Origin: Squalus acanthias
Taxonomy: Eukaryota
Assembly (NCBI GenBank): GCA_030390025.1
Contig: CM059425.1
Span: 177,694,001-177,758,000, forward strand
Reading direction: 5' to 3'
DNA: 64,000 bases
The notes beneath the pieces are model-generated. The model did not search any database, had not been told where the DNA came from, and saw only the letters and a program-made list of their open reading frames with translations. The position numbers were made by a program, and so were the translations under genes. Numbering within the stretch: position 1 is the first letter of the stretch; each line of letters starts with the position of its first letter. This document shows, piece after piece, positions 12,201-24,530 of this stretch.

Positions 12201-13874
12201 CACAGAGGGTGAAATTAATCTTGGATCCGATAATGCTTTATGTGGTCCAGCCAGATCAATCAAGCGGTTGCATAGTCTTGTATGTTAACATACATTTACC
12301 GCATTTTCTTTTGGTTAGCTTGGTCCCTGACATGCCTGGAAACTCTTCACCAGGTTTAAGGGAATCCAAGCCAAGCTATTGCAAAATCCAATTGTTGTTT
12401 GCCACACTCTCCCTATAGGGGCATGTCACACTTAAGTCCCAAGAGCTTAGTTGCAGAGCAAAAAACATTCTATAACACAGCACTGGTAAGCTGCCACTGT
12501 TTGTCTGGCAAGGACTATCCTATCCCTTAGGGCATTGGTTTGCAAGGTTATCTGAAGCCAAATAGGAAGAATTCCAGCCCCAATGACAAGTTTACCCATC
12601 AGATTCCATTAATGGTGTTCAATCCTCAGCAGTGCTTGGGAGCACTGAGAACCTGCTTGGCTCAGGTATTGAATTCCCAAGTCCATCACAGAGAGTTGAC
12701 TCAGTTCCATATTTTCAGAAGTTTTCTTCCGTTAAAAGAAAAAAACAATTTGTCTCCACTTGCCCAGTGCCTCCCCTGTGCTAATTTCTTTCCTTCGTAT
12801 CAAACAGTTGCCTGCTGCACAATGGGCAGCCAGTAGCCCCTCACTGGCTGCTAGTGGCTGACATTGCAGTCCTGACTTTCCTGGCATGTCATGAACGACG
12901 TATCTGGAGCATCAGAAAATTATGAAAATGAGCTGACTTCATGTTATTTGATGACACCAGTTCATTTCTGCACTGGCACATGCAGCACCTGCAGAGTGTT
13001 GGTAACGCTGTACGTGGGGTGCATTATCTCTAATACTACTACCACTACATTTCTGTTCTTCAGCTCAGCACTGTCGATAAGGACAAATTCGGTTTTGGAG
13101 GACTGGAGTTTGCCAAGTATTCAATCATGACTCCTTGGTTACTCTCGGGTTTAGCATGCCAACAGAGGCAAGTTCCTGGGGTGTGGCATTTGGAGCCACT
13201 AGTGAGAGCTGTGTGAATCATCAGGACCAACTGCCAGTAAAACCACCTTAAGGTGTGGTTGTTTGCCATACAGAGGTGCTACCTTTAGGGATCACCCCAT
13301 AAACCCCATTATCTCTAATAGTGAATGATATTGTTCGAGTTGAATCAATTTACCAGAGAACGGGTAATTTGTCAATTTGATCTCCTCCTCTCCCAGAATA
13401 TGAAATATCAGGACAACCTTCTTTTCTGCTCCAACTAAGATCTTCAGACTTTCTTATCGCCTTTGTTCTGGGCCATATTGAAAGCTACACCATGTTCAAA
13501 ATATTCACTTTTTTTTAAGTCTTCTGTCTCTGTTGTAATAAGTAACATTTTTTAACCTTTTGAACCAGTACAGCCCAAGCATCATGTAGCCCAGATTTGT
13601 GATTAACTTTGGAAAACGACTCTCTAACATTTGGAAATCCGAAACGTTTGCCATTTTTTCTCTTTTCAGAGGCTGATGGACCTACTGTGTATTTCCAGCT
13701 TGTCTGTTGTTATTTCAGGTTTCCAACATTTGCAGTTGGTTTCTTTTTATCTTTACTGTAACTTTCTCATCAACTGCTAAACTTTTTTTCAGTATACTTT
13801 GGTATGCATGCCATTTTCCACTAATTCCAAAGGTCCAGTGGTTTATTTTGGGTTAAAAATGTACTATATTTGCA

Positions 13875-15010
13875 TGCTTAGTCTGCCTCAATTAGTTAGT
13901 ATTCTTTTCTCTGTGTCAGAAGGTTATGCGGTTGAGCCATATATCAGGACTTGCGCACATAATCAAGACGGACATTCCTGTACAATGCTAAGGGCTGCAT
14001 TATTGGAGTGCTGGCCTAGAAATTCAGGCATGTCCATTTTTGGGCGCTGGGGTGGTGGGAGGCGGGATTGCAATGTACAATCCCTGCACCTGAATGGTGA
14101 GGTCCGAGGTGCCCCCGATTTTGGCCTCAGGCTTCATTTCCATCAAGCTGGCGAAGCACAAACAGTAACAGACAGCGACCCTCAGGTAATGTATTAAAAG
14201 GGACTAGGAAGGGATGAAATCGGGTCATGAAGGGAGCAAATGGGTCAGGAAGGGGGTGAGCGGGTCGGAAGATAGCGTTGGCCGAGGGAGGTAGCGGAGG
14301 CCGGGGTGGGAGTTAGCAGTGGCCGGGGGTGAGGTAGCAGTGGATGGGGGTGGGTAGCAGTGGCTGGGGGGTGGTTGTTGCGGCAATTGGGGGGTGGGCG
14401 GTAGCAGCAATGATTGGAGTGGGTGTGCTGGCCGAGAGCGGCTCCACATTCAAGTAAGTAGATTTTAAAATCTTACCTTTGTTGGTTGCGGCCTGCAGCG
14501 GTCCCTTTAAGGACCCCCCGTTAGGCTGCATGTAGACTTAGTTTTTCTGAGTGCAGCTGGTGCTGGCTCCTTCAGGGCAAACTAATCTAGCATTAATCTG
14601 AGCACCGCACACTGATTTTTTGGCATTTACCAATACGGCGGGTGGTGCACTTTTGGCTCGTAATGAGTGTGCGCTTCCTGCTCGTCATTTTGGAGGCTTA
14701 GAAGGTTGTTTAACGCCTGAAAAACGGGATCTGCGTGGGTGAATTTCTAGATCACTGTCCTTTGGATGACACATTAAACCATGTTCCCGTTCTCCAGTTT
14801 AGATGGATGTTAAATATCCCTTGACACGATCTGAAGAACATCAGGGTGTTCTCCAATAACACCAAAATACAGATTGAGAGTTCATTTATGTGGGATGTAG
14901 CTGGTGCGGAATGGCTGCTGCCCGTGCCACCATACAGTCATTTCAAAAAGCAACTCATTTTGTGAAGTGCTTTGAGATATTTTGTGCTGAAAGTTGCTAT
15001 ATCAATGTAA
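13875..15010 (+). mobile_element. Old Deu-domain SINE split by a MITE
   Basis: Homologous to 28704-29170 (TGTCAGAAGGTT head, CTTTGGATGACACATTAAACC core, GCTATAT tail). Interrupted at 14013-14753. Confidence 0.7.
14013..14753. mobile_element. PIF/Harbinger-type MITE (741 bp)
   Basis: Imperfect TIR GGCCTAGAAATTCA/TGAATTTCTAGATC, 3-bp flanks GCT/ACT, G-rich repetitive interior. Confidence 0.7.
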
Positions 15011-15487
15011 ATACTACTATTATAACATTCTAATTATGTTGTAAGGTTTAATATTCTGATAATTAGCTATTGGGGAATACAGAAAATAACATGCTTATAG
15101 TTCTGTAGTAATTTGTAGATTATTGCTGCCAATTAATGTGTAAAACTATGTAATTTAAGTCTTAGAATTAAAAATTTGATTTTTTGCTATAGGTAATATT
15201 TTTAAAGTTTTTAAAATGTAAAAATATTAAAAACTACTATTTTCCTGCAGTTTCTTTGCAACTCCAATGAACAGTTCTTACAGTAAGAGCATTATAATAG
15301 AATTAGAAACTTTGTTAATGCCCTCCCTACAGAGGGAAGCCAGTGGTGGGGGGGGGAGTTTAAACTAACTTGGCAGGGGGATGGGATACGGAGTGGAGCT
15401 ATAGTAGGGGGTGATGCACAGCCAAATATAGAGGAAAAAACAAGTCAGCCTGGAAGGCAGAGCAAATATGTAACGGAACAAGGGAGT

Positions 15488-18176
15488 ATGGCAAGGCTGG
15501 ATGGCATTTATTTTAATGCAAGGAGTCTTGCGAGTAAGGCAGATGAATTGAAGGTGTTGATGAACACATGGGAGTATGATATTGTTGCTATCACAGAGAC
15601 ATGGTTGAGGGAGGGGCAGGACTGGCAGCTATATGTTCCGGGGTATAGAATCTTCAGGCGAGACAGAGGGGGGGTGTAAAAGAGGAGGGGGTGTCGCAAT
15701 ATTAATCAAGGAGTCAATTACTGCTGTAAGGAGGGATGATATCTCAGCAGGTTCCTCTAATGAGGCCATATGGGTAGAACTTAAAAATGAAAAGGGGGCA
15801 AGCACGTTGCTGGGAGTGTACTATAGGCCCCCAAACAGTCAGGGGGAGATAGAGGAACAGATATGTAGGCAAATCTCAGAGAAGTGTAGAAATAATAGGG
15901 TAATAATAGTAGGGGATTTTAACTTCCCCAATATTAACTGGGATAGTCAGAGTGTGAAAGGCTTAGAGGGTGCGGAATTGTTAAAGTACATCCAGGAGAG
16001 CTTTTTGAGCCAGCATGTAGAAAGTCCTACAAGAGAGGAGGCAGTACTGGATCTAATTCTAGCGAATGTAGCCGGGCAAGTGGTAGAAGTGTCAGTAGGA
16101 GAGCATTTTGTTGACCGTGACCATAATTTGGTGAGATTTAAGGTAGTCATGGAAAAGGACAAAGATGGACCGGAAATAAAGGTTCTAAATTGGGGGAAGG
16201 CCGATTTTAATATGATAAGGCAGGATCTGGCCAAAGTGGACTGGGATCAGTTACTTGTAGGAAAATCCACATCAGAGCAGTGGGAGTCTTTCAGAAAGGA
16301 AATAGAGAGAGTACAACGCCAACATGTTCCCGTAAAGGTCAAGGGTGGGACCAACAAGCCCAGGGAACCCTGGATGTCAAGGGACATACAAGAATGGATT
16401 AGGGAAAAAAGGGAGGCTTTTGGCAGATACAAAGGACTAAAAATAGTGGAAGCCCTAGAGGAGTATAGAAAGTGCAGGGGGGTACTTAAAGAAATTAGGA
16501 GAGCGAAGAGGGGACATGAAAAAACACTGGCGGGCAAAATAAAGGAAAATCCCAAGGTGTTTTATAAGTATATTAAGGGCAAGAGGATAACCAGGGAAAG
16601 AGTAGGGCCCATTAGGGACCAAAGTGGCAATCTGTGTGTAGAGCCGGAAGATGTAGGTGAGGTTTTAAATGAATATTTTGCATCTGTGTTCACTATGGAG
16701 AAGGACGATGTAGGCATAGAAATCAGGCAGGGGGATTGTGATATACTTGAACAAATTAGTATTGAGAGGGAGGAGGTACTAGCGGTTTTAGCGGGCTTAA
16801 AAGTGGATAAATCCCCAGGCCCAGACGAGATGTATCCCAGGCTGCTGTGTGAGGCAAGGGAGGATATTGCAGGGGCTCTGACACAAATTTTCAGAACCTC
16901 TCTGGCCACTGGGGAGGTGCCAGAGGACTGGAGAACAGCTAACATAGTACCATTATTCAAGAAGGGTAGTAGGGCTAAACCAGGGAATTACAGGCCAGTG
17001 AGCCTAACATCAGTGGTAGGGAAATTATTGGAAAAAATTCTGAGGGACAGAATTAGTCTCCACTTGGACAGGCAAGGATTAATCAAGGATAGTCAGCATG
17101 GCTTTTTCAGTGGGAGATCATGTCTAACCAATTTGATTGAATTTTTCAAAGGGGTGAATAGGTGTGTGGATGAGGGTAGTGCAGTTGATGTAGTCTACAT
17201 GGACTTCAGTAAGGCTTTTGACAAAGTCCCGCATGGGAGACTGGTCAAGAAGGTAAGAGCCCATGGGATCCAAGGCAATTTGGCACATTGGATCCAAAAT
17301 TGGCTTAGTGGCAGGAGGCAGAGGGTGATGGTCGAAGGTTGTTTTTGTGACTGGAAGCCTGTGTCCAGTGGTGTACCGCAGGGATCGGTGCTGGGTCCTT
17401 TGCTGTTTGTAGTGTACATTAATGATTTAGATATGAATGTAGGAGGTATGATCAGTAAGTTCGTAGATGACATGAAAATTGGTGGAGTGGTAAATAGCGA
17501 GGAGGGAAGCCTCAGGCTACAGGGCGATATAGATGGGTTGGTTAGATGGGCAGAACAGCGGCAAATGGAATTTAACCCTGAAAAGTGTGAGGTGATGCAT
17601 TTTGGGAGGACTAACAAGGCAAGGGAATACACAATGAATGGTAGGACCCTAGGAAGGACAGAGGATCAGAGGGACCTTGGTGTGCATGTACATAGATCCC
17701 TGAAGGCAGCAGGACAGGTAGATAAGGTGGTTAAAAAGGCATATGGGATACTTGCCTTCATTAGCCGAGGCATAGAATATAAGAGCAAGGAGGTTATGAT
17801 GGAGCTGTACAAAACGCTAGTTAGGCCACAGCTGGAATACTGTGTGCAGTTCTGGTCGCCACACTATAGGAAGGATGAGGGTGCAGAGGAGATTCACCAG
17901 GATGTTACCTGGGCTGGAGCGCTTCAGCTATGAAGAGAGACTGGACAGGCTGGGGTTGTTTTCCTTAGAGCAGAGAAGGCTGAGGGGGGACCTGATTGAG
18001 GTGTACAAAATTATGAGGGGCATAGATAGGGTAGTTAGAAAGGAACTTTTCCCCTTAGAGGGGTCAATAAGCAGGGGGCATAGTTTCAAGGTAAGGGGCA
18101 GGAGGTTTAGAGGGGATTTGAGGAAAACTTTTTCACCCAGAGGGTGGTTGGAATCTGGAACTCACTGCCTGAGGCA
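15488..18176 (+). pseudogene. CR1 ORF2 (APE endonuclease plus reverse transcriptase), two frameshifts
   Basis: YFNARSL, ITETWL, GGGVA, YRPP, GDFN, LDL, YRPVSLT, QHGF, DFSKAFDKV, GVPQGSVLGP and KFVDD. A 766-codon open stretch spans 15633-17933. Breaks at a G-run near 15670 and a deletion near 17875. Confidence 0.95.
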
Positions 18177-19872
18177 TGTAAAATTCGCAATTATCGCGAT
18201 TCGAAATAACGAGATAAAGCAGATTCGTTTCATCAGTTTTATTTCAACGAAATGCTGTCATGATTAAACAGGGCACAGAAGCCTGTAAAATGGCCACCGC
18301 GCCTCGTGGCAGAAGCTTCCAGAATTTTCAGTGGGCAGACAAGATGGCGTTCGAATAAACATTTCAGTATAAGATTGGTTAATACGCAGCAAACACTGAT
18401 AAAGACAGGATGCAACCTGTCTACATTCGACACAATAGCAAGAGATATAAGTGCTGGAATCGTTTTCCATGCACAAGTAAGGACCATTGTACTGGGCAAT
18501 TGAAGGCCCATCCAGATACATCAATACGCAAATTCCCCACGGCTCTACAATGAGAGAGCCATTCTCGGGTGCTTACACAAGTATTCGGAGGCCCCCAAAA
18601 CCCCGCCAGGGAGGCTCCTAGCCGGTTCCACAATGGGAAAAACATTAACGGGTAGTTGGCCAGTCTCAGGTGCTACCGAAACCCATTACAAACAAGAATC
18701 ACCCCATACTGGGAATTTTGAGCGCCAAGATTTTACAAAAGATGAACATTAAGATTTGGGCGGGAGATAAGGGAACCCAGCACTATAACTATAGACAACA
18801 AATGTCCATCGGTCTCTTATTCCCTTGATTCGTGCTCTTATCTCTGCGGACTCTTGACTCAGGCTGAATTCTGCTGGACGAGCAGCCATCTGTTGCCTCT
18901 GGACTCTAGCCGTGCTGGACGGTTACTCGAATGTTGGGTGGAGCTCAAGCAGAACGAGCTGCCCCGACGAAGGCCAGTGACCGGGTGCACCATCCCGAGC
19001 GTCGGTAAACGGTGTTTTGGACCCGAAGGCCCGACAAGACGAGATGAGAAGAAAAGAACAAGAATCCACGTGCCGCCGCGATCAGTAAACCCCGACTGCG
19101 CCCGTAAATATAAAGACCATTTTTGAACTCTATCAGGTTGCTGCCGAACCACTGGAAGACTCTCTTTCGAATTCTATCAACAACCGGTGTCAATACAGGA
19201 AGACTCTTCTTTGAATTTTACCGGTTAACTGGTGTCGGTCCAGAAAGACTTTTTCTTTGAGTTCTACAGCCGGGCCCGAGCACTGTCGAGTTCTTCATGA
19301 CAACGGGGAGCCCAGCCTGCTAGCCGGAACAGAGAAGATAAACAAGTGGGGTACAGAGACCCCTTCCAACACGTGACAGTCAGGTGTTGCAGCAAAACAA
19401 GCCGAGTGCCTCGTTTAAAATTCTCCGAAGTATCACGAGTGGTGAGCATGTTTCCCGATCCTACAAATCTAGATTAGTGTAGGTATTGATAGGGGAGGGT
19501 GGTTTTATTAAGGATAAATATAATGTGTTCCCCTTTTTACGATGTGCTGTGCATTCCTCATTACCCTAGACCAAGTTTTATGAATGTATGTATACTTGTA
19601 CTGTCATTAATTTGTGCCTATGACATGTACTTCATGATTTTGGACATTATGCAATAAAGATTTCCATTTCGTACTATTCAACCGGGTCTATTTGAGTTTT
19701 CTCTGCATTACTGCTCTCGCACCTAAGTCCAGTGTTAGAACCGTAAGGGCGAGTGGGTCGAACCACTCACAGGTGCTTATTGCAACAAGGCTGGCCGGAG
19801 ACCAGAGCAAGCAATAGTATTAGGCAACGAAGGCCTAACCCCGCACAAGCACCTACGACCGAACCCCTTACA
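18177..19872 (+). mobile_element. Solo LTR, 1696 bp (ERV or Gypsy-like; class unresolved)
   Basis: Termini TGTAA...TTACA and 4-bp TSD GGCA on both sides. It precisely interrupts the CR1 3' end. TATA-like TATAACTATA near 18784, AATAAA near 19653, CpG-rich. Confidence 0.85.
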
Positions 19873-20402
19873 GGCAGGAGCCCTCACAACATTCAAGAAG
19901 CATTTAGATGAGCATTTGAAACGCCATAGCATACAAGGCTACGGACCAAGTGCTGGAAAATGGGATTAGAATAGACAGGACACGATGGGCCGAAGGGCCT
20001 CTTTCTGTGCTGTATATAACTCTATGTATCCTGCCCTTCAAATCATGGGTCTGGATCGGAATAGAATAGGAGATTGAAATTGGATCCTTCCACTTTGGAG
20101 TGTGGAGCATTAATGCTCGAATGCTCCAGTGCTTCTATTGTCCTGGTTTTCAGATTGAATATTATTCTAATTTATTTAAGCGGGCATGGAACATAAGAAA
20201 GCATGGCATGAGGATAAGCCAATTGCTTCAACACTACAGGTGCATAGGCAGCCTAGACCTGTCTCCTTCCATCTGTGTGAGTAGGCATCTGAGAGGGCTG
20301 TTTACACAGTTCTTGTTTTGCCATCGGAAGCGAGAGCAGCATCACAAGGAGGGTGACCTGCCATGTGATGTGTGCTGGAGCTTGGATCTAACTGTCTGCA
20401 GT

Positions 20403-21040
20403 GTTTGCAGACACTGAGACAACGTATGAACGGACACCGCGCAACAATCTCCAGGCAGGATTGTTACCTCCCAGTCGGGGAACACTTCAGCAGTCAAGGA
20501 CATTCAGCCTCGGATCTGCGGGTTAGCGTTCTCCAAGGCGGCCTTCGAGACACACGACAACGCAAAATCATCGAGCAGAAACTGATAGCCAAGTTCCGCA
20601 CCCATGAGGATGGCCTCAATAGGGATCTTGGGTTCATGTCACGCTACAGAACGTGACTCGACATCGTTGTCTGTCTTTCCATTTTTTTTAAAAAAACACA
20701 AAAAAAACAACCAAAAAAAACCCAACAAAAAAAAAGTTAAAAGCTGAACTGCAGACGGCAGCATTTAACACGTTGGACCCCCTGTGACCCACCTCATTGT
20801 CTTAGCTGTACTCTGATGTGTCTTTGATGTAATGCCTCCCTAACAGATTGTATCTCTGCAGACAAATTGCTCTCTGTGTATATATACTGTGTAATAGTTT
20901 CCCTCACTGTACCTTTACCTGACGAAGGGGCAGCAGCTCCGAAAGCTCGTAATTTTAAATAAAACTGTTGGACTATAACCTGGTGTTGTGAGACTTCTAA
21001 TTTTTGTCCACCCCAGTCCAACACCGACATCTCCGCATCA
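20403..21040 (+). mobile_element. Penelope-like element family B, 3' fragment (GIY-YIG C-terminus plus pLTR)
   Basis: TLRQRMNGHR...PVGEHFSSQGHS...EQKLIAKFRTHEDGLNRDLG. The downstream pLTR is homologous to 51759-52065. Confidence 0.9.
20915..20952 (+). ncRNA. Minimal hammerhead ribozyme (Penelope family B)
   Basis: TTAC-CTGACGA-A-GGGGC-AGCA-GCTCC-GAAA-GC-TC-GTAA: core boxes, stems I and II, AGCT palindromic stem III. Confidence 0.8.
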
Positions 21041-21193
21041 TGACCACTATAGATATGATGTAGTGAGAGGTGGAGTTATTTTGTAGCCAGTAAACTCTTG
21101 TTACTTTGCACTAACCAATGATTTTCTTGCAACATAAATTTGGAATTGCGACAATTAGTTACCATTCCCTTGTCCTGGATAAGCCGCAATTTC

Positions 21194-21995
21194 CTCCAAT
21201 AAATATTGGGAGTGCCAAAGCCATTGTCACTAGATTCCCTTGCCACCGATTTCATCCACCCCCTAACCACTGTCTTAGACTGAGCCAGATTGTCGCACCC
21301 TCCACGTCCTATTTGATCCTGAACTGAGCTTCCGACCCCATATCCTCTCCATCACAAAAGACCACCTGCTTCAAACCTCCGTAGCATCATCCGTCTCCAA
21401 CCCTGCCTCAGCTCATCTGCTGCTGAAACTTTCATCCATGCTTTTGTTACCTCCAAATTCGACTATTCCAATGCACTGCTGGCCGGCCTCCCATCTTCCA
21501 CCCGCCGTAAACTTGAGCCCATCCAAAACTCTGCTGCTCATATCCTAACCTGCAACAAGTCCTGTACACACATCACCCATGTGCTCACTGACCTACATTG
21601 GCTCCCGGTTCACCAATTCTTATCCTTGTGTTCAAATCCCTTCATGGCCTTGCCCCTGCCTATTTCAGTAATATCTTCCTGCCCTACAATCCTCCGAGAT
21701 CTCTGCGTTCCTCCAATTGTGGCCTGTTGTGCATCCCCACTTCCTTTGCCCCAACATCGGAGGCCGTTACTTCAGCCATTTAGGCCTTATGCTATGGAAT
21801 TCCCTTCCTAAATCTTTCCGACTCTCCACCTCTCTCTCCTTCTTTAAGGAGCTCCTTAAAAGCTACCTCTTAAAATACGTTTTAGTCACTTAGCTCCTTC
21901 TTTGGCTCTGTGTCAATTTTTGTCTGTTTGCGGTCCTGTGAAGTGCCTTGGGATGGCTTTCTACGTTAAAGGTGCTATATAAATGCATGTAATTG
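21194..21995 (+). mobile_element. L2 LINE 3' fragment
   Basis: AETFIHAFVTSKFDYSNALL, QNSAA and HITHVLTDLHWLPV, ending in the 3' tail GGTGCTATATAAATGCA. Confidence 0.88.
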
Positions 21996-22418
21996 TAGAT
22001 TATTTCATTATTTCCAAAATTAACCTGTGGCTAGGTATATAACTAGCTATAAAGAAAATGCAATGCGATGTCTGATTACAGTATTCAAAAATACAGCATT
22101 GTGATGGGTGGTCCCTTGCACATTCATAATTGATTCAGCTACAATCCCAAATACAGTTCACACCGCTTATAGGAGGCCTGAGGGTAACATGATTCGCCTG
22201 CGTTGGGCGGTTAAACCATCATAGCTCCAGACACCCTGCACGAATTGTGTCCCTCACCCTGATGCAGGGAACAATTATTCATATGAGTAACAGCTTTATT
22301 TATAGAGATGTTTATAATATGGCCAGGCTGGTCATCCAAGCTATATGCTTCATTCATAAATAGGAATCCAGGAATCTGATTTTCTGGCCAGTAATTTCGA
22401 ATGCAACATGGGTATAAT

Positions 22419-23301
22419 GGGGGAAAAATTCAGTATCGCCCCATTTGGGGCGCCATTATTGGCCGTGCGCAAAGTTTAGCGCCTGCCGCTAATTATCGCC
22501 TCCGAATGCAAACTTGACTTTTATCGCCCCTGGAGGTGATTAGAGCGCTAAATCAGGCGCTACACACCTGTCTTAAGGTGCAAAGGCCGAGGAGCGAGGC
22601 GCTAACTCAGAGCACGGGCGCAGCGCGGGTACTGTCAGTTAGCGATGGAACACAGACACACTGGCACCGGCCAGTTCTTAAAGGGAAGGGTTGATCTTGC
22701 TCTCCATCCACATCCTGCTCATTGCAGCCTTGAATCTCGGCCTGGAGAGACCTGTACATCAAATCTGCTGGAAAGAACAATGGAGAGGCCCAGGGAAAGT
22801 GCTCAGAGTGCAGCCCCCACAGTCTCTTCTAAATCGATACAAGGAAGGGCAAATCAAAATGAACCTGCAAAGTGCTGCTCAGTACCCAAAACTCCTTCAC
22901 ACAGCGTTGAATCTCTCCAGAAGTCTCTCTCTCTCTCTCTCTCAGAATGCGTGGTGCAAAAATGTCACCAACAAAAAAAGGCAGGAAGCGGTCGCCTTTA
23001 AATAGCACTCCCCCAGTCCCTTCCTGACTGCAAAACGCTCCCCCTCAACCTGTCGTTGCTAGCGGCAGGCGGTAAGGCAGGGGGCGCCACTCAATATCCG
23101 GTCCAGGGCGCTACCAGGGCTTTGCGCACTCGACTGACGTCACGATCTGCCGGCGCAGGAGATCGTGGCGGTAGTGTTTAGTGCCACTGCAAAATGTCTA
23201 GTTAATTTCGTGAGCGGCGCAAACATCGCCGCGCATGGGCGCTAGTTGCTTTGCGCCCCATTAGCGCTAACGGGAGGCGCAACCAACTGAATTTTCCCCC
23301 C
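22419..23301. mobile_element. PIF/Harbinger-type MITE (883 bp)
   Basis: 15-bp TIR with one mismatch (GGGGGAAAAATTCAG/CTGAATTTTCCCCCC), perfect 3-bp TSD AAT and many GCGCTAA/TTAGCGC motifs. Confidence 0.85.
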
Positions 23302-23552
23302 AATGTTTCAAGTCACGCGCTCTAAACTGCAATACGGGGCAGGGGGCGTTAACAGAATTGTAGTAGCATCTGCTTGTATTTCCTAATTGCCTTATTAAAT
23401 GATGCTTGAAACTTCTGTGTTAATTTTTCAAAGACATTTACAAAGGCGGCAGCAGCAGTTGAGGAACATTGAAACAATTCGTAGGCAGCAAGCACTGCTG
23501 CCACTCGCCCTGTAGCACTGGTGGCCTCCACCACTTCTATTGTGAGTTTTAA

Positions 23553-24322
23553 AAAATTTGTTCCTGGGATGTGGGCATCGCTGGCAAGGCCAGCATTTAT
23601 TGCCCATCCCTAATTGCTCTTGAGAAGGTGGTGGTGAGCCGCCTTCTTGAACCGCTGCAGTCCTTGTGGTGAAGGTACTCCCACAGTGCTGTTAGCGAGG
23701 GATTTCCAAGATTTTGACCCAGCGACGATGAAGGAACGGCGATATATTTCCAAGTCAGGATGGTGTGTGACTTGGAGGGGAACTTGGAGGTGGTGGTGTT
23801 CCCATGTGCCTGCTGCCCTTGTCCTTCTAGGTGGTAGAGGTCGCGGGTTTGGGAGGTGCTGCCGAAGAAGCCTTGGCGAGTTGCTGCAGTACATCTTTTA
23901 GATGGTACACACTGCAGCCACGGTATGCCGGTGGTGGAGGGAGTGTATGTTTAAGGTGGTGGATGGGGTGCCAATCAAGCAGGCATTTGTCCTGGATGGT
24001 GTCGAGCTTCTTGAGTGTTGTTGGAGCTGCACTCATCCAGGCAAGTGGAGAATATTCCATCACACTCCTGACTTGTGCCTTGTAGATGGTGGAAAGGCTT
24101 TGGGGAGTCGGGAGGTGAAACACTTGCCGGAGAATACACAGCCTCTGACCTGCTCTTGTTGCCACAGCATTTATGTGGCTGGTCCAGTTAAGTTTCTGGT
24201 CAATGGTGACCCCTAGGATGTTGATGGTGGGGGATTCAGCGATGGTAATGCCATTGGATGTCAAGGAGATAGTCATTGCCTGGCAGTTGTGTGGCGCGAA
24301 TGTTACTTGCCACTTACCAGCT
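23553..24322 (-). mobile_element. CR1/L2-group LINE family 2, 3' fragment
   Basis: NILGVTIDQKLNWTSHI...YKAQVRSVMEYSPLAWMSAAPTTLKKLDTIQDK, with a 3' stem GGGATGGGC...GCCCACATCCC and an A-rich tail. Confidence 0.85.
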
Positions 24323-24530
24323 CAGATTTGTGCAAAATGAGTAAATTTCAAATGATAAGGAAACCTATCTTCACAGTTAATTTATTCCTTCCAACCTATA
24401 ACTTTAAATGGTAGGTACAGAAGAGCAAGTAGTTCAGCTAATTGTAGTTTAACAAGGTGCGGAGAGCTTACCGAATTGCGTTTAATGCGTTGTAAGCAGC
24501 ACCTTTGTAATTGAGTTCTATGGTTACCGT

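Larger units (their letters stand above)
15331..20027 (+). mobile_element. CR1 LINE with end of ORF1 and near-complete ORF2; 3' end split by a solo LTR
   Basis: ORF1 end (GxxLN*) near 15365. ORF2 from 15488. The 3' end resumes at 19873 and finishes with an ACTCTATG tail. Confidence 0.95.

Noticed and set aside
19113..19270. CRISPR array interpretation of the repeat/spacer pattern
   Set aside because: Repeats are imperfect, two spacers are partly homologous, there are no cas genes, and it lies within a eukaryotic LTR.
23349..23545. Protein-like ORF and nearby GTGAGT donor
   Set aside because: All three plus frames contain stops, and the minus ORF is short and unrecognisable.
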